This document shows, piece after piece, positions 17,027 to 30,197 of a DNA stretch of 64,000 nt (its first letter is position 1; every line of letters begins with the position of its first letter). The stretch is taken from the NCBI RefSeq assembly GCF_009914755.1, contig NC_060939.1. One strand, given 5' to 3'. This stretch comes from the human T2T-CHM13v2.0 reference genome, Homo sapiens. Position numbers and translations under genes: made by a program. The notes under the pieces were generated by a model, which did not search any database, was not told where the DNA came from, and was given only the letters and a program-made list of their open reading frames with translations.

Positions 17027-17806
17027 ATAACAACAGCTTTCTAAGCTGCGGATGAGACTACATGGTGAGTCCCTCTAAGCAGTGAGACTGTGAACGCAGG
17101 GCCAGTCTCCAGGCAGGAGACTCTGAAGCCACAGGTGCTCAGTATATTTGTCTGTGCTTTCTCGGGGTCTGTGTCTTTTTGGGATGGGGAAGGAAGAGAG
17201 GCTTCTTTCCCTCATCACGGCATCTTCTCCTAACTCCTACAGAGCAGCTTTTACTGAGTTTCACTCCTTGTCTTAGTCTTTGACACATTCCCTCCCCTCT
17301 GGAAAAAAATAGTATCAATTTTCTGCCTTGAGCATTTGTCAAATATGATAGTGGCTCTCCTACAGCAGTAAGATCCTCTGTACCAGCCATAGGTGATGCA
17401 CCAGATGACTATTCTAACACCCTCCGTGTCCCTCCCGCTCCCCTGCTCATTGCTGAATACTCACCTGGCTCATGCACCACCTGTCTGAGAATTGGCTAAA
17501 TAGAGAAGATACTGACAAGGTCTGTCCTCCTAGGTAATCAACAGTCGTCAGATGTGTGTGACTCTTCAGATGATACTCCAAAAATGCCCGGAGCCTCTCA
17601 TTCCTTCACTGGATGGTTTGAGTCTGCTTTCTGGCAAGGTGTGGGGTGAGGGGATGAGCAGCTCTGGTCTGAACTCCATGTGGCAGACGTCTGAGGCTAC
17701 CTTTAGCTGTTCATTCATCCACCTGTGTAGTCCTACAATGAACAAATGCGTACAGAACCAGTTACCATTCTAGGTACTGAAAATGCAGCAGGAAACACAA
17801 CAGTCA

Positions 17807-18109
<303 letters not shown>

Positions 18110-18110
<1 letters not shown>

Positions 18111-18364
18111 AACACAAACCCTGTGCTTGCCTTTTAGTAGGAGACACATTCAATATACAAGATAAATATATAATATATATAAATATGTATAATGAAACAC
18201 AAACCCTGTGCTTGCCTTTTAGTAGGAGACACATTCAATGTACAAGATAAATATATAATATATATAAATATGTATAACGAAACACAAACCCTGTGCTTGC
18301 CTTTTAGTAGGAGACACATTCAATATACAAGATAAATATATAATATGTATAAATATATATAACG
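18110..18364. repeat. Tandem repeat, 3 x 85 bp
   Basis: Unit aaacacaaaccctgtgcttgccttttagtaggagacacattcaa... starts at 18110, 18195 and 18280; copies nearly identical. Confidence 0.96.
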
Positions 18365-18484
18365 TATTGTGCCTATTTAGCAACCTTTGTCGCTCTTGTG
18401 AACAAAGGAGAAATCATGGAAGTCAAGTTTACATCCAAGGTGGCTGGACAGACAATATGTGTTCAATGGCCAAATATATTCCTA

Positions 18485-18702
<218 letters not shown>

Positions 18703-19649
18703 TATTTTACATTAAGAACTTGTTCCTTTTGTCCATTATGGCTAAGAGCCAGGACTCTTTCCCTAAAAAAACAAAACAAAACAAAACAAAACACAGCAAC
18801 AAGAACAATAAAACTACTTATTAAGGCCGAGGACAGGATGGCTTACTGTCTGGGCCATTCTAAACAGACATCACACCATGTGTACAAAACAAAAAGATGT
18901 CAGGACCACACTGTATCAAAATAGATGGCCATCTGATATCCCCACCATGCTCTGACTTGTCTCAGATGCCTTCGTTAGCTCATGCTAGTTAAGAGTTAAT
19001 CATACATGTGTTATGCATGCAAATGCAAGTGACACACCTTCTACCTCTGGCCAAAGAATCTTGTGCCTTGAATGTGTGGGGACCCAAAGGAAAGATCATG
19101 AGCAAAACAACGATGACAACTAATGCACACTTGCCTTTTGGGTCTTGGTTTGAAAGGAAACACTTGATCATGAGGATCTGAGTTTCCGACTTCCCAAATA
19201 AAGTCAGCAATTTCTCATTGCCGCTGGTGCTGTGAGGGTGCTTCCATGGGCCTGCAGCAGGTGACTGGCAGCCTTCTGTTGTCCCTTCCGCCTCTCTCTG
19301 GAGCAATTTCCTGCTGCTCACCACCACCGTAACCACAATAACTGCTGGCAAACCATGACCCACAAAAGTTTGCTGCCAAAAAACTGGGAGCCACACCCCC
19401 TGCCTATAGACATTGTTTCTTCTCTTGATCAAGAATCAAAGTGTCGTGAGGCCGACACTGTTGGTTGCCAACCAAGAACCACCCCACTCTCCCAGGAAAT
19501 GTCAGATACTTGCTTTTCCAGGCTCCCTTGCATGGTCCAAGCCTAGAGACTGAGACCTGAAGGAAAGACTTTCTTGAAGAGGGCGAGCAGGCGGGGCAGG
19601 CAGGGGGAGGGATGGGAGTGTTGGATAGCCTCTGAGAAAGATGATTTTT

Positions 19650-19950
19650 TCTGTTTCAGCCAGGGGCCCAGCAGGAAACAGAGGCTCACTCAGACAGAGC
19701 AATGAAGGATACTTTCATAAACAGACTATTTACAAAGATTGGGGCAGGGTGAAGGAAAGCCTAAGGATGGCTGAGGGAATCCTCTGTGGGGCTGGAATCA
19801 TGAGGGAGCCATGGCCACTCTTGGGCTGAAAGGGCGAATGGGGAATGGTTATTGGAACTGAAAGAGACCAGCCTGGCTGGGGGAGAGGGTGGCCTGCAGT
19901 GAGGGAGCCAAAGGCAACAGGAAGCCAGGGGTCAGAAGAGCCCACCCCAG
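19650..19950 (-). mobile_element. Ancient ERVL LTR fragment (LTR33-like)
   Basis: cagcaggaaacagaggctcactca...gactatttacaaagattggggcaggg resembles the recalled LTR33-family sequence. Confidence 0.5.
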
Positions 19951-20441
19951 CCCAGGAAGACCAGCTGCTAGGGCACAGAGAAGGAGGAGGGTGGAAGGTA
20001 GGCATCAAAGGAATCAAAGAAAAATATCCAAGATACTGCTTGCGGGAGGGAGAAAGATAGAGAGGGCGAGAGACCTAGAAGTAGTGCCTTCCCTTCCTTT
20101 AGCACTTGTCATGGGAGACCTGAGGACTGATGATACCTTGGAGGGGATTTTGTACCTATGCGGGGAAGGTGGAGAAAATCTCGAGCAAGTCCACCTGAGG
20201 CTGCTGGGCTCTGAGACCATCTCCTCTGTCCTCTGAGACCATCTCCTCTGTCCTCAGGCTACGTGAACCACATAAGTTCCTGTTGTTTAAACCTCATTCA
20301 GTTAGGGGTGTACTTGCTGCCAAAAGCATCTTAACTGATGTAATCTTCTAAAAAGAAATAAGGAATACATCTTATGTACTAGAGCCTCTTCTCATATATT
20401 TGATTTAGCTCTTTCAACAAGTCCATCAGCTGACAATGATG

Positions 20442-21159
<718 letters not shown>

Positions 21160-21499
21160 TAAGCTGGGTCACACCTGTGACTCTCTCATGATTTCTCTTG
21201 ATTCTCACTGTCCGGATTCTTTGAGTGCTTGAGTCTTTCCCTTCCGTGTGGCTGAGAAATCTCTCCAACATTGAATGGTTTGTGTGTTGACCTTAGTGAA
21301 GTCTACCTGGACCCCACTTCTGTAGCTCAGAACATTCTGGAGTCTTTGCTCACTTTATGAGGCAGAACTAGCTAGTGTTACTATTTCACTTTATTGTTCT
21401 AGGGAGAACCCACTCCAATCACTCAAAGGGCCACTGGGATATGAACTCTCCTTATTTCGGAGCTGGGGAGATCATGTGTGTGCCAGCTCAACTCACTGA

Positions 21500-22170
21500 T
21501 TTCTTCATTTATTGGACAGTTATTTGTTGAGTATGGACTACATTCTAGGTAATATTCTAGCTGCTCAGCATATAGCAGGGACCAGTTTAGCTTGTGTTCT
21601 TGTGTTAGGTAAAAACCAAACAGGCAAATAAGCAAGACCATTTTGCATGGATAAGGGGTCTAAAAAATGTAACATAGTAGAGGCTGGGGATGGAGAGGAG
21701 GATGCATTACACAGGATGGTCAAGAAAGTTTTCTGAGGAGACATTGGAGTTGAGGGGAAAATCAGGGTAGAGAGAAAGGAGGAATAAAAGACCCGAGATG
21801 AGTTCATCATGGTCAAGGACCAGAAGAAGTCCTCTGCAACTATAGCTCAGGGAATAAGGGTGGGGAAAGGACTGAGAAAAAGTCAGGCCCTGGGTGCTGT
21901 AGGGCCTTGAAGACCATGGAAGGCTTGGAAATTTATCCTAGGAATAAGAGGAAGACTTACTGCAAAGAGGGGATGATCTGATTTTTATTTTATAAACAGC
22001 ATTCTGGCCTCTGGATGGGGAACAGTCTGGGTGGGGTGAAAGTGGGATCAGGGAGGCCAGGGAAGAGGCTCTGCTGCTTCTAGATGAGAGGGGGTAAGGT
22101 TGGGCCAGGTGGCCGCAGCAGGGATAGAGAGGCATGGACAGGCTTGGGGTATGTATTGGAGGTCAAGTGT
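21500..22170 (-). mobile_element. L2 LINE fragment
   Basis: ttcatttattggacagttatttgttgag, tgatctgatttttatttt, gggaggccagggaagaggct are typical of antisense L2. Confidence 0.75.
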
Positions 22171-22190
22171 TGGTAGCAGAAAAGAATGGC

Positions 22191-22217
22191 AAAAAAAAAA
22201 AAAAAAAAAAAAAAAAA
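22191..22217 (+). repeat. Isolated poly(A) tract, 27 nt
   Basis: Counted directly; no adjacent Alu or L1 body. Confidence 0.95.
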
Positions 22218-22472
22218 TTCAATGATAACTCAGTAAAACCCTTTGGATTGAATGCTCCACCAAGATTTTTGCCTGTGGGTGTCCTTTAAACTAATGGTGC
22301 CTTGGCAACTGATGTCCCCTCTATATCAGAGCTACATCTCTGCTGGGGAGCTTTCTAACTTGAGCAGGAATTAGGATCATAGAATTTTTGACATTGATGG
22401 GATTGCAAAGATTTTCTAAGCCAACTCTATAGTTGAGCAGAGGGAGGCAAAGAGATTAAGAGATGTACTTGT

Positions 22473-22754
22473 GGCCGGGTGCGGTGGCTCCCCTGTAATG
22501 CTAGCACTTTGGGAGGCCGAGGCGGGCAGATCACGAGGTCAGGAGATCGAGACCATCCTGACTAACATGGTGAAACCCCGTCTCTACTAAAAATACAAAA
22601 AATTACGCGGGTGTGGTGGTGGGCGCCTATGGTCCCACCAGCTACTCAGAGCTTGAGGCAGGAAAATGGCTGGAACCTGGGAGGCGGAGCTTGCAGTGAG
22701 CTGAGATTGCGCCACTGCATTCCAGCCTGGGCAACAGAGCGAGACTCAGTCTCA

Positions 22755-22786
<32 letters not shown>
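22473..22786 (+). mobile_element. AluY SINE
   Basis: Y diagnostics gatcacgaggtcaggagatcgagaccatcctg and ggcggagcttgcagtgag; long pure A tail; perfect 15-bp TSD aagagatgtacttgt (22458-22472, 22787-22801). Confidence 0.96.
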
Positions 22787-22791
<5 letters not shown>

Positions 22792-23478
22792 ATGTACTTG
22801 TGAGAGAAATGAGTCAGAATTGGACAAGATCTCAGGTCTACTTTTGCCTGCCCAGAATGTTCTAAAGGGATTGCATTTCCTAAACTTATCTTTTGCTTCC
22901 AAGCAGAAAACAGCATAAAAATTTAATAAACAAATGGAAAAACACCAACTCACAAAAAAGGAAGTTCTCAATCTAGTGAAGTCTCACCTAGTGATAGCTC
23001 CGCCAGACACTCCAAAAATCGTAACAATTTGCATTGATTCATTTTTTCAGCAGCACAACTTGTAACAGTTTCACCAGCTGACTATGGAAAGGGCAGCTAT
23101 CCGTTCATTTCTGTCCAGGTAAGTGTGAGAAAGTATAAGCTGGTTGATTCTTCTTGTAACCAAGATATGCCAATTCCAGACACATTCCTCAGCCTGTATT
23201 GTGGCCAAATCCATAGTATTGATGTGTGTGGCTTCAAATGGGCAACACACTTCTTTGGCAAGAAGTCACTCCCTTTATAGCCGAGTATCAAGCAATTATA
23301 ATGCCAGTCTGTAAAGGCTCAGCATAATTGGGGTTGAGAAATGTGTTGGTAATTTAAAGACAGCTTAATCACATAATTAGATGGCCAATAATAGCTACCA
23401 TATTTTGAGTGCCTGTTAGGTGCTTGGTGCTTTATATACCGTAACTCATTTGAACCTCCTTATAATAGGTGTGTGGAG

Positions 23479-23954
23479 TGTGATAGACTGATCCTCATGC
23501 TCATATTTGCCTTCTCTCCCACCCTTTTCATGCTCTCTATGCGTGGAGTACACTTTTCCATCCCGTTGATGTTGGGCTTGGCCAAGACACTTGCTCACTT
23601 GCTTTGGTCCATAGAATGTGGGTGTGGGTTTTATCTTTTTCTTCAGCAACTGCTGCTGGAAGAGGCTTCTTCTCTTTACCCTACTTGAGTTTCTGACTTC
23701 TTCCATGAAAAGGGTGTGCCCCAGGTAGCCATTACTCCTGTAGCCTGGGTCCCAGAATGAAAAACCGGAGAGCAAATCTCCACTTGACCCAAGGTCTGCA
23801 GTAGCAGAGCTCAGTTAAGGTCAGCAGAAATCAGCTGAACCTCAGCCAATCTACACCATCTACATGAGTGTGAAATAAGTTATGGTGCTATGAGCTACTG
23901 AGGCTTGGGGTTGTTTGTTACAGAACACAGTTGCAGCAACAGCTGACTAGTACA
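23479..23954 (+). mobile_element. MLT1 (MaLR) solo LTR, old subfamily
   Basis: TG...CA ends; gatgttgggcttggcca, ttgctttggtccatagaatgtggg, ggttgtttgttacag...gctgactagtaca. Confidence 0.8.
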
Positions 23955-25339
23955 TTAAATGTGTGTTGTAACGACCACAGTATTCATGATAAAAACAAGA
24001 GTCTTAGAGTTGCTAATGATCTTTCTCAGCTCAACACCAAAGGAAGGTGGCTCAGATCAAATTGTCCCCTTTAAATCTCGTGCCCTCTTTCCTCAACAAA
24101 TTGTTCTTTTTCTCCTCCCTCACAAGAGGAACACACATTTTATTTTTTGGTCTGTTATTTTTCTTTGTTGCTGTTGTTGTTTATAAAAAGGTACTTATTC
24201 TCTCATAAGATCCATACTGTGGCACAAAGTGAAGGAAGTATTAAGTATATAGACGACATAAAAGGTTGCCTACATATTTTATGTGTCATTTCTGTACTAA
24301 ATTATATTGTGAGCCAGGACTGAAAAACATTATTTCTGTTTTGTGGAAACATTAAATTTAGCCTTTAAAAATTAGTACTGTATCTATTCATGATGTAAAA
24401 CATCATCCAGAGAGGTGAATATTATTCTCCTCAGTTCATGAAATAAATTAAGACAGATGGGTGATTCACTTACTTTTACTTCCTAGCCAGGTAATATATT
24501 GATTTTCCCCCTTCTTTTTCCTTTTAAATCTAAAGAAAAACTTCAAATAAAACCTAATTACATCACTCTGATTCTGAACTCTTCTGGAAATTACAGAGCT
24601 ATCAATATTAAGTACACTTTACACCAATTTGGAAATCTATTTTGCTGAGACATATGCCCAGCGCCACTCTGATTTTTGTGTAATTGAGCCCTAAAAGGTG
24701 GTATAATGTGGATTTTCTAATTAGCTTATGCTAAGTTAGTTGGGATTTAAAAATGTGAAATGAGAATTGGACTGACACTTAAAGGTGAAGGTATTCACAT
24801 AAGAAAATGGAAAGAAAGTCAACAGGAAGGCAGCTCTGTCCAATTAGACCAACCCAGAGGGTCCAGGTTTTCAGATACATGTGGATGTTTGGACTATGGG
24901 AATTGCAGGGAATTTCCAACTTGCCACTTGCACAGAAGTGACCCCCACCCCCTAATTCTTTCAGATTCAGGTTTAGAGGACTTCCAGGTAAAATCGTTTC
25001 CCAACATTGAATTTGAAAATGAACTGAGGCATTACCAATCGGCTGCAGCCAAGACAACACCACAGACCGCTCCTCCCCGGAGCTCTAGGATTGTGCTGTG
25101 TGCACACGGAGGCCTCGGGCCCCAGTTCCCCCTTCTGCCTCCTATTCCAATTCCCTAGGAGAAGCACATCAAGGGGAGAGAGAAGGTGGCCTATTTTTTG
25201 TAAAGAAATCTTGCACTTGGCAATTCTGGTAGAGAGCTCTAATCTCAAGGAAAAAGAGGGTGGGGAAATCGTCATGGCTGAAAAGGAGAAGCAAAAGGCT
25301 GGACGCTCACGGTCTGCTGACTACTAATCCTGACTGTGC

Positions 25340-25850
25340 ACTCTCTCATTAAGAGACATTAGGCAAATCCTCCATTAGCTGCCTTTCATGAAGGGGAAGA
25401 GGTGCTGAGAGACAGGAGGCTGACATGCACAGTCCCAGCTTTTGAAAAAGGGGAAAGGGGATTTTGCATACTATAGACCTGCGAGCTTAATGTCAATCCT
25501 GAGTGAAACTCTGGAATGGATTATTAAGAGGACGGTTTGTGAGCCCTTGACAAAAGGAAGTGGTGGTCTTAGAAGCCAGGATGGATTCGCTGAGTATAAA
25601 CCTTGCCAGATTAATAACTTCATTTCCTTTTTGGATATGGTTACGTGTCAGGGAGATGAAGTGTGTATGAACTTCTGAAAGACAACTGATGTGGTCTCTC
25701 ATGAGAACCTTGTAAGATAAGGTGGAGAAATGCAAATTACATATTAGTGAAATTCAGGGCTGAAGGATTGATTGCTTAGTAGAGACTATTATATAAAGAG
25801 GTATTGCTATCCACCTTGAAGGTGGTCTCTAGTAGTAGGGCCACAAAACT
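25340..25850 (+). mobile_element. L3/CR1 LINE reverse-transcriptase remnant
   Basis: ORF 25442-25678 (KKGKGDFAYYRPASLMSILSETLEWII...SQDGF...CQINNFISFLDMVT) matches the CR1 RT motifs FKKG...NYRPVSLTS...SQHGF...NLISF. Confidence 0.9.
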
Positions 25851-26064
25851 ATTTCTAAGCTGTTGTTATAGTGAGGATATAGATCAGGCCTAGCTTAGTT
25901 TCTGTTGCTGAGAATGGCTGGACTGGGTGGCTGTTTGATCCACTCCTGGGGGCTGGAGGAGGAGCAGGTGAGCTGTGCAAAGGTTATAGCAACTGAATCT
26001 CAGGTCAGGCAGGGATCAAACTCTGCAGTTGGGGGCTGGTTAACACAAAGTTAAGTCATGGCTG

Positions 26065-26625
26065 GTGGACAGTCACCATCTGTGGCCTCCCAGCACCCAT
26101 TCACCCTACTTTCTGGAACAGCCCACATTTTCATTTGAGGAGCTACCTTATCTCTATTTTACATGCATGTGGTTCCTGCAGAGTCCCAAATCTGGCTTCA
26201 GGAAATATGTGACCCAGGTCTGGCCAATCAAGGCACCAGATCTCACAAGAGACAGCAATTAGTTCAGGGATGTGCACTTGATTGCATGGGTTAATCAGAA
26301 ACGATGAGACATGTATTCAGTGCTTTTGGTTGAGCTGTGTAGGAATGAGACTCCCTTGTCCCTCTGCCCCAGAATATGCCTTGATGTTGTGATAATGTGA
26401 ATCTAGTGCCCTCAGCACCTACCATGGGAGTGTTGAATGAAGCCAACATTAGGATAGTCGTAGCCAAGAGATGGAAGTAAGTCCTGATGACATTGTCTAA
26501 GTTGTGAATTCAGAAGTTAGTCTACAGCCGAACTTTGTTGTTCCATGAGATAGTAAATTCCTTTTTCTACTGAAATGTCTCTGTGTGGATTTTTCTGTTA
26601 TCTTAACAGGAGTCCTAATTGATAT
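26065..26625 (+). mobile_element. MLT1 (MaLR) LTR, old subfamily
   Basis: atgtgacccaggtctggccaatca, catgagatagtaaattccttttt, ggagtcctaattgatat. Confidence 0.65.
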
Positions 26626-26799
26626 ATGGGATCTTCTGAGCTTGTCAGTGAGAAATCCAAGAAGAGGTGACAATAAGAGCTATGGCAGAGAGGAGGCATC
26701 AGAAAAGTAGTATCCTAATTACCGTGCTCTGTTTGGGGAGGAATTTAGTCCCAGAGAGAAAAAGGAAATAAAAGACAACAGTTTTAGCAGAGACATTGG

Positions 26800-27120
26800 T
26801 CAGTGCTCATCAAGTCCTGTGTCATTTTTTCTTATCCAAGGGACATAAAAAGTGCATTGCTGTTAGGCGGGGGCCTTTTCCCAAGTTCTGACCACTAGTC
26901 CAGTGGGAAATGTGTGTGTGGCTTCTGGAAGGAAGCATCAGAGAGCAAGAATGAGTTTGTTTTGCTTTCAATTGCCTTGCCTTGGTGATTGTGAGGGCCA
27001 CACTGTATGGGGTAGTTGGTCCGGAAGTGAACTCTCCAACTTTGCATGAGTGTGAACTTATGGACCGAGCTTTAGAGGCTTGTTTGTTCCTGCAGCATAG
27101 CCCAGGTTAATTGAACTAAA
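26800..27120 (+). mobile_element. MLT1 (MaLR) LTR fragment
   Basis: ctgttaggcggggcc, ggcttgtttgttcctgcagcatagccc terminal motif. Confidence 0.55.
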
Positions 27121-27499
27121 ATAAACGTCATGTGACTAATGCACTAGATTAGTCCAACCCAAGGACTTGAAGATTGAGAAATTAATCAGAAGGCCAGCTG
27201 ATCAGAACTGGACGAAAGAGGGTGACCTGATGCCTAGGTCTTGAGTATGAAACTCTTTCAAAGTCTTTTTTTCAAGGATCAGGATTCATTCTAGATGTAG
27301 GGATGAAGAGCATCTGCTGGGCCAATGAAAACGATTTCTTTCACTTAGTGGAAAAAGAGTGCTTCAAAGGAAAACCAGCCACAAAAGTCTTTTCTCCAAG
27401 GTAAGGCTAAGAGCATAGATATCTGGCCTTCCAAATTCAATAATAAAACAAAGTCAGAAAGGATAATGACTCTTTTTCATTATAGACTCCAGGATCCCA

Positions 27500-27860
27500 A
27501 AACATCTTAGCGGCTAGACCATGAGCTTAACATGAACTTTACTAGGGACGAATTCCTGCACCTAGGTTCAGAAGCTACTGTAGCACAACACAGACTATGC
27601 ACAGCCCATGCAAAAAGACCTTAGAGCTTTATTTCCCCTAATTTTGGCATAAGTCAGCAAGGTGACCCAGGTGGTCAAAATCCCATTGCCATCCTACGTT
27701 GCATTAAGAGTAATACAGCACTTCACAGGCAGGATGTGCGATTCTTACTCAACTTTAAAGCCGGATCACACATGGAGATTGTGTTTCATTTTGGCTCCAT
27801 GATCTATGAAGGACTGTGAAAAGTTGCCAAAACTTTAAAGACATTCAAGATGTTTAACAT
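27500..27860 (+). mobile_element. L3/CR1 fragment (downstream RT region)
   Basis: cctgcacctaggttc, aaaaagaccttagag, ataagtcagcaaggtga, tgcattaagagtaatacagc, tgtgtttcattttggctcc. Confidence 0.7.
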
Positions 27861-27916
27861 CTGTTGAACACCTACTACTGAAGAGTTGTTGATCAGCTGC
27901 TGTATCCGTTAGTATT

Positions 27917-28293
27917 TGTATTATCCCATTTTCCACTCTGCTATAAAGATACTACCTGAGACTGAGTAATTTATAAACAAAAGAGTTTTAATTGACTCAC
28001 AGTTCTGCATGGCAGGGGAGGCCTCAGGAAACTTGCAATCATGGTGGACGGCAAAGGGGAAGCAGGCACCTTCTCCATGCTTCACGGAAGCAGGACAGAG
28101 GGAGTATGAGCAAAAGGGAAGTGCCACACTTTAAAACCATCAGATTTCATGAGAACTCCCTCACTATTACGAGAACAGCATGAGGGAAACCGCCCCCATG
28201 ATCCAGTCACCTCCCACCAGGCCCCTGCCTCGACATGTGGGGATTACAATTCGAGATGAGATTTGGCTGGGGACACAGAGCCAAGCCACATCA
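27917..28293 (-). mobile_element. THE1D-like MaLR solo LTR
   Basis: tgtatt...ctacctgagactgagtaatttata...gaggcctcaggaaacttgcaatcatgg...gagatgagatttggctggggacacagagccaagccacatca. Confidence 0.9.
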
Positions 28294-28399
28294 GCGTTTA
28301 TTAGATAATTCACTTTGTGCCAGGCATGGTACTAGGTCTTGAGGGTATGGGATGAGTAGGAAATGGCTCTTGCACTGGAATAGCATAGGTTCCAGAATG

Positions 28400-28680
28400 A
28401 GGATCTCACAGGAAATGTTAAAGAAAAAAAAATAGAAAAAGGGAATGTAGCTTAATGTAAAGAAGACTTAAATGAGATGTGTAGTTCCTGTCTCCAGATG
28501 GTTTCAGAGTTTCCATATAAAAGACACATCAGACCTGTTCTGGAGGATACCAGCAAGCAGAATTTTAATCAAAGGGTGAAATTCCAGCTTTTTTTATGGG
28601 GGCGTAAAGGGAACAGTCTTAGAGTAGAAGTAACTGTTTTTGGGTGGTAATAAGCTCCCTGTCACTAATAGTATCCAAGT
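28400..28680 (+). mobile_element. L3/CR1 3' fragment
   Basis: aagaagactta...cctgtctccagatggtttcagag...taagctccctgtcact. Confidence 0.55.
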
Positions 28681-28709
28681 TGATATTGGCTGAGCCATTG
28701 GGGAAATAA

Positions 28710-28890
28710 CAGAACGTTGTGGCTAAGAGCGCGGCATTTAGGATTTAAGTCCCAGCTCCTCTTGATTTGCCAAGTCATTGACTTTCTCTGTTTCTTCCTG
28801 TGTAAAGTAGGCTAATAATGCCCAAGTTGCAGAGTTGATGGGGAGATGCAGTGGGCTAATGCTTGAGGAGGGTCAAGCACAATGACTGTC
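28710..28890 (+). mobile_element. MIR SINE
   Basis: gtggctaagagcgcggc...aagtcccagctc...caagtcattg...tttcttcctgtgtaaagtagg. Confidence 0.7.
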
Positions 28891-30145
28891 CAATTAATGT
28901 TCTGATAATGTCCATGCTGCCGAGGTTGCCTGCTGTAGAAGTTGATGATGATATGGTCTGGAGATCTGAACATCTAAAGAGGCAGGAATTGGATTGGACA
29001 ACACAACTTCCAAGATCATTTTAATCCTGAACTTGTATGATTTTATGATTCTGTACCCTCAGTTTGCTTATCTCTAATAAGGAATTAACTCTTGTCAAGT
29101 CCTGCAAACCAAGGTTAACTTTACTGTTGCCTAGTTCCTGCAGATGCACACCTCACGCAGGATGTACATCCTATACCAAATATCCCCTCAGACATGAGCA
29201 TTCTCTGCAACTGGCTTTGGTTTGCCAGACTGAGCCTGTGTCTCAGAGTGGGCGTTGGCTTCAGAGATAAAGTTTCACTGAAGTTTTTTTCTTTCCCAAT
29301 AATGCCTTTTTAGTCATTTCGAAAAATTTAAAACACCAGCGAGTTTGTCTCATCCCCTACTGGTTTGGCCAGAGGGAATCACTCATTTGGTCTATTCTTT
29401 ACAGCAGTTTCCCAGAGAAAAGTTACAATCTGAGCTCTCTCAAAGAATCTCTGTACATTAAGGGCAGACACTTCAGATGGAAGAGCTTCAGTCTGGCTTT
29501 TTAGAAACTGACAAAAGCAAAGGACACAGGATCTTTAACTCTTTTTAGTGGTCATCAACCTCTAGAATTCCCTGCCTCTGAGACAAAGATTTTCACAGTG
29601 ATATTTAAGTTCAACATCAGCAGCAGGTGATTTCAAGGTGCCCAAATTTGTGATAACCAGGAAAAGAGGCCTGATGAAAGCTTCTTCTCATCATGCAGTA
29701 GGATCCTGTAAGTTTAACTGTGTTAAACAAGTCAGCTGTTTGACATTTGAGTGTACACCCCTCAAATCCACACGCCCTGAGGTTCCCTCCCCTGCAGTGG
29801 TCTTCCTCATTCTCCAGTGAAAAATCTAAGCAGTGAGTAGACAGCCCAGTGGGGGCAGTTCCAGCACGTGGTGCAGAAGGCAGTTGAATCGAAGGTTTAA
29901 GATGAGAAAAGTTCTCTTTTTCCCATATGGGGAGGTTTTCTTCAGCCCAGGGAGCAAGTTTCCTTCAAAGCCAGAACAAGTACATTCTGAGTTCTTTTGC
30001 TGATGAGTATTGTGCGTTTGCAAGCAACCTGCTCCTTAAGTAGGAAATGTTAGGGGAAGGGTCCCAAGTGCCATCGGCACCTAGAATTACCAATAGATTT
30101 CTTAATGCCAAAAGCTTCTCATTCGGCAGGGAATTAAACATATAT

Positions 30146-30149
<4 letters not shown>

Positions 30150-30193
<44 letters not shown>
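30150..30193. repeat. (TA)n dinucleotide STR, about 22 units
   Basis: Perfect run visible in sequence. Confidence 0.97.

Positions 30194-30197
<4 letters not shown>

Noticed and set aside
19005-19024. Octamer ATGCAAAT with a SOX-OCT-like flank
   Set aside because: A single 8-mer is expected by chance in 64 kb, and the SOX half-site is poor
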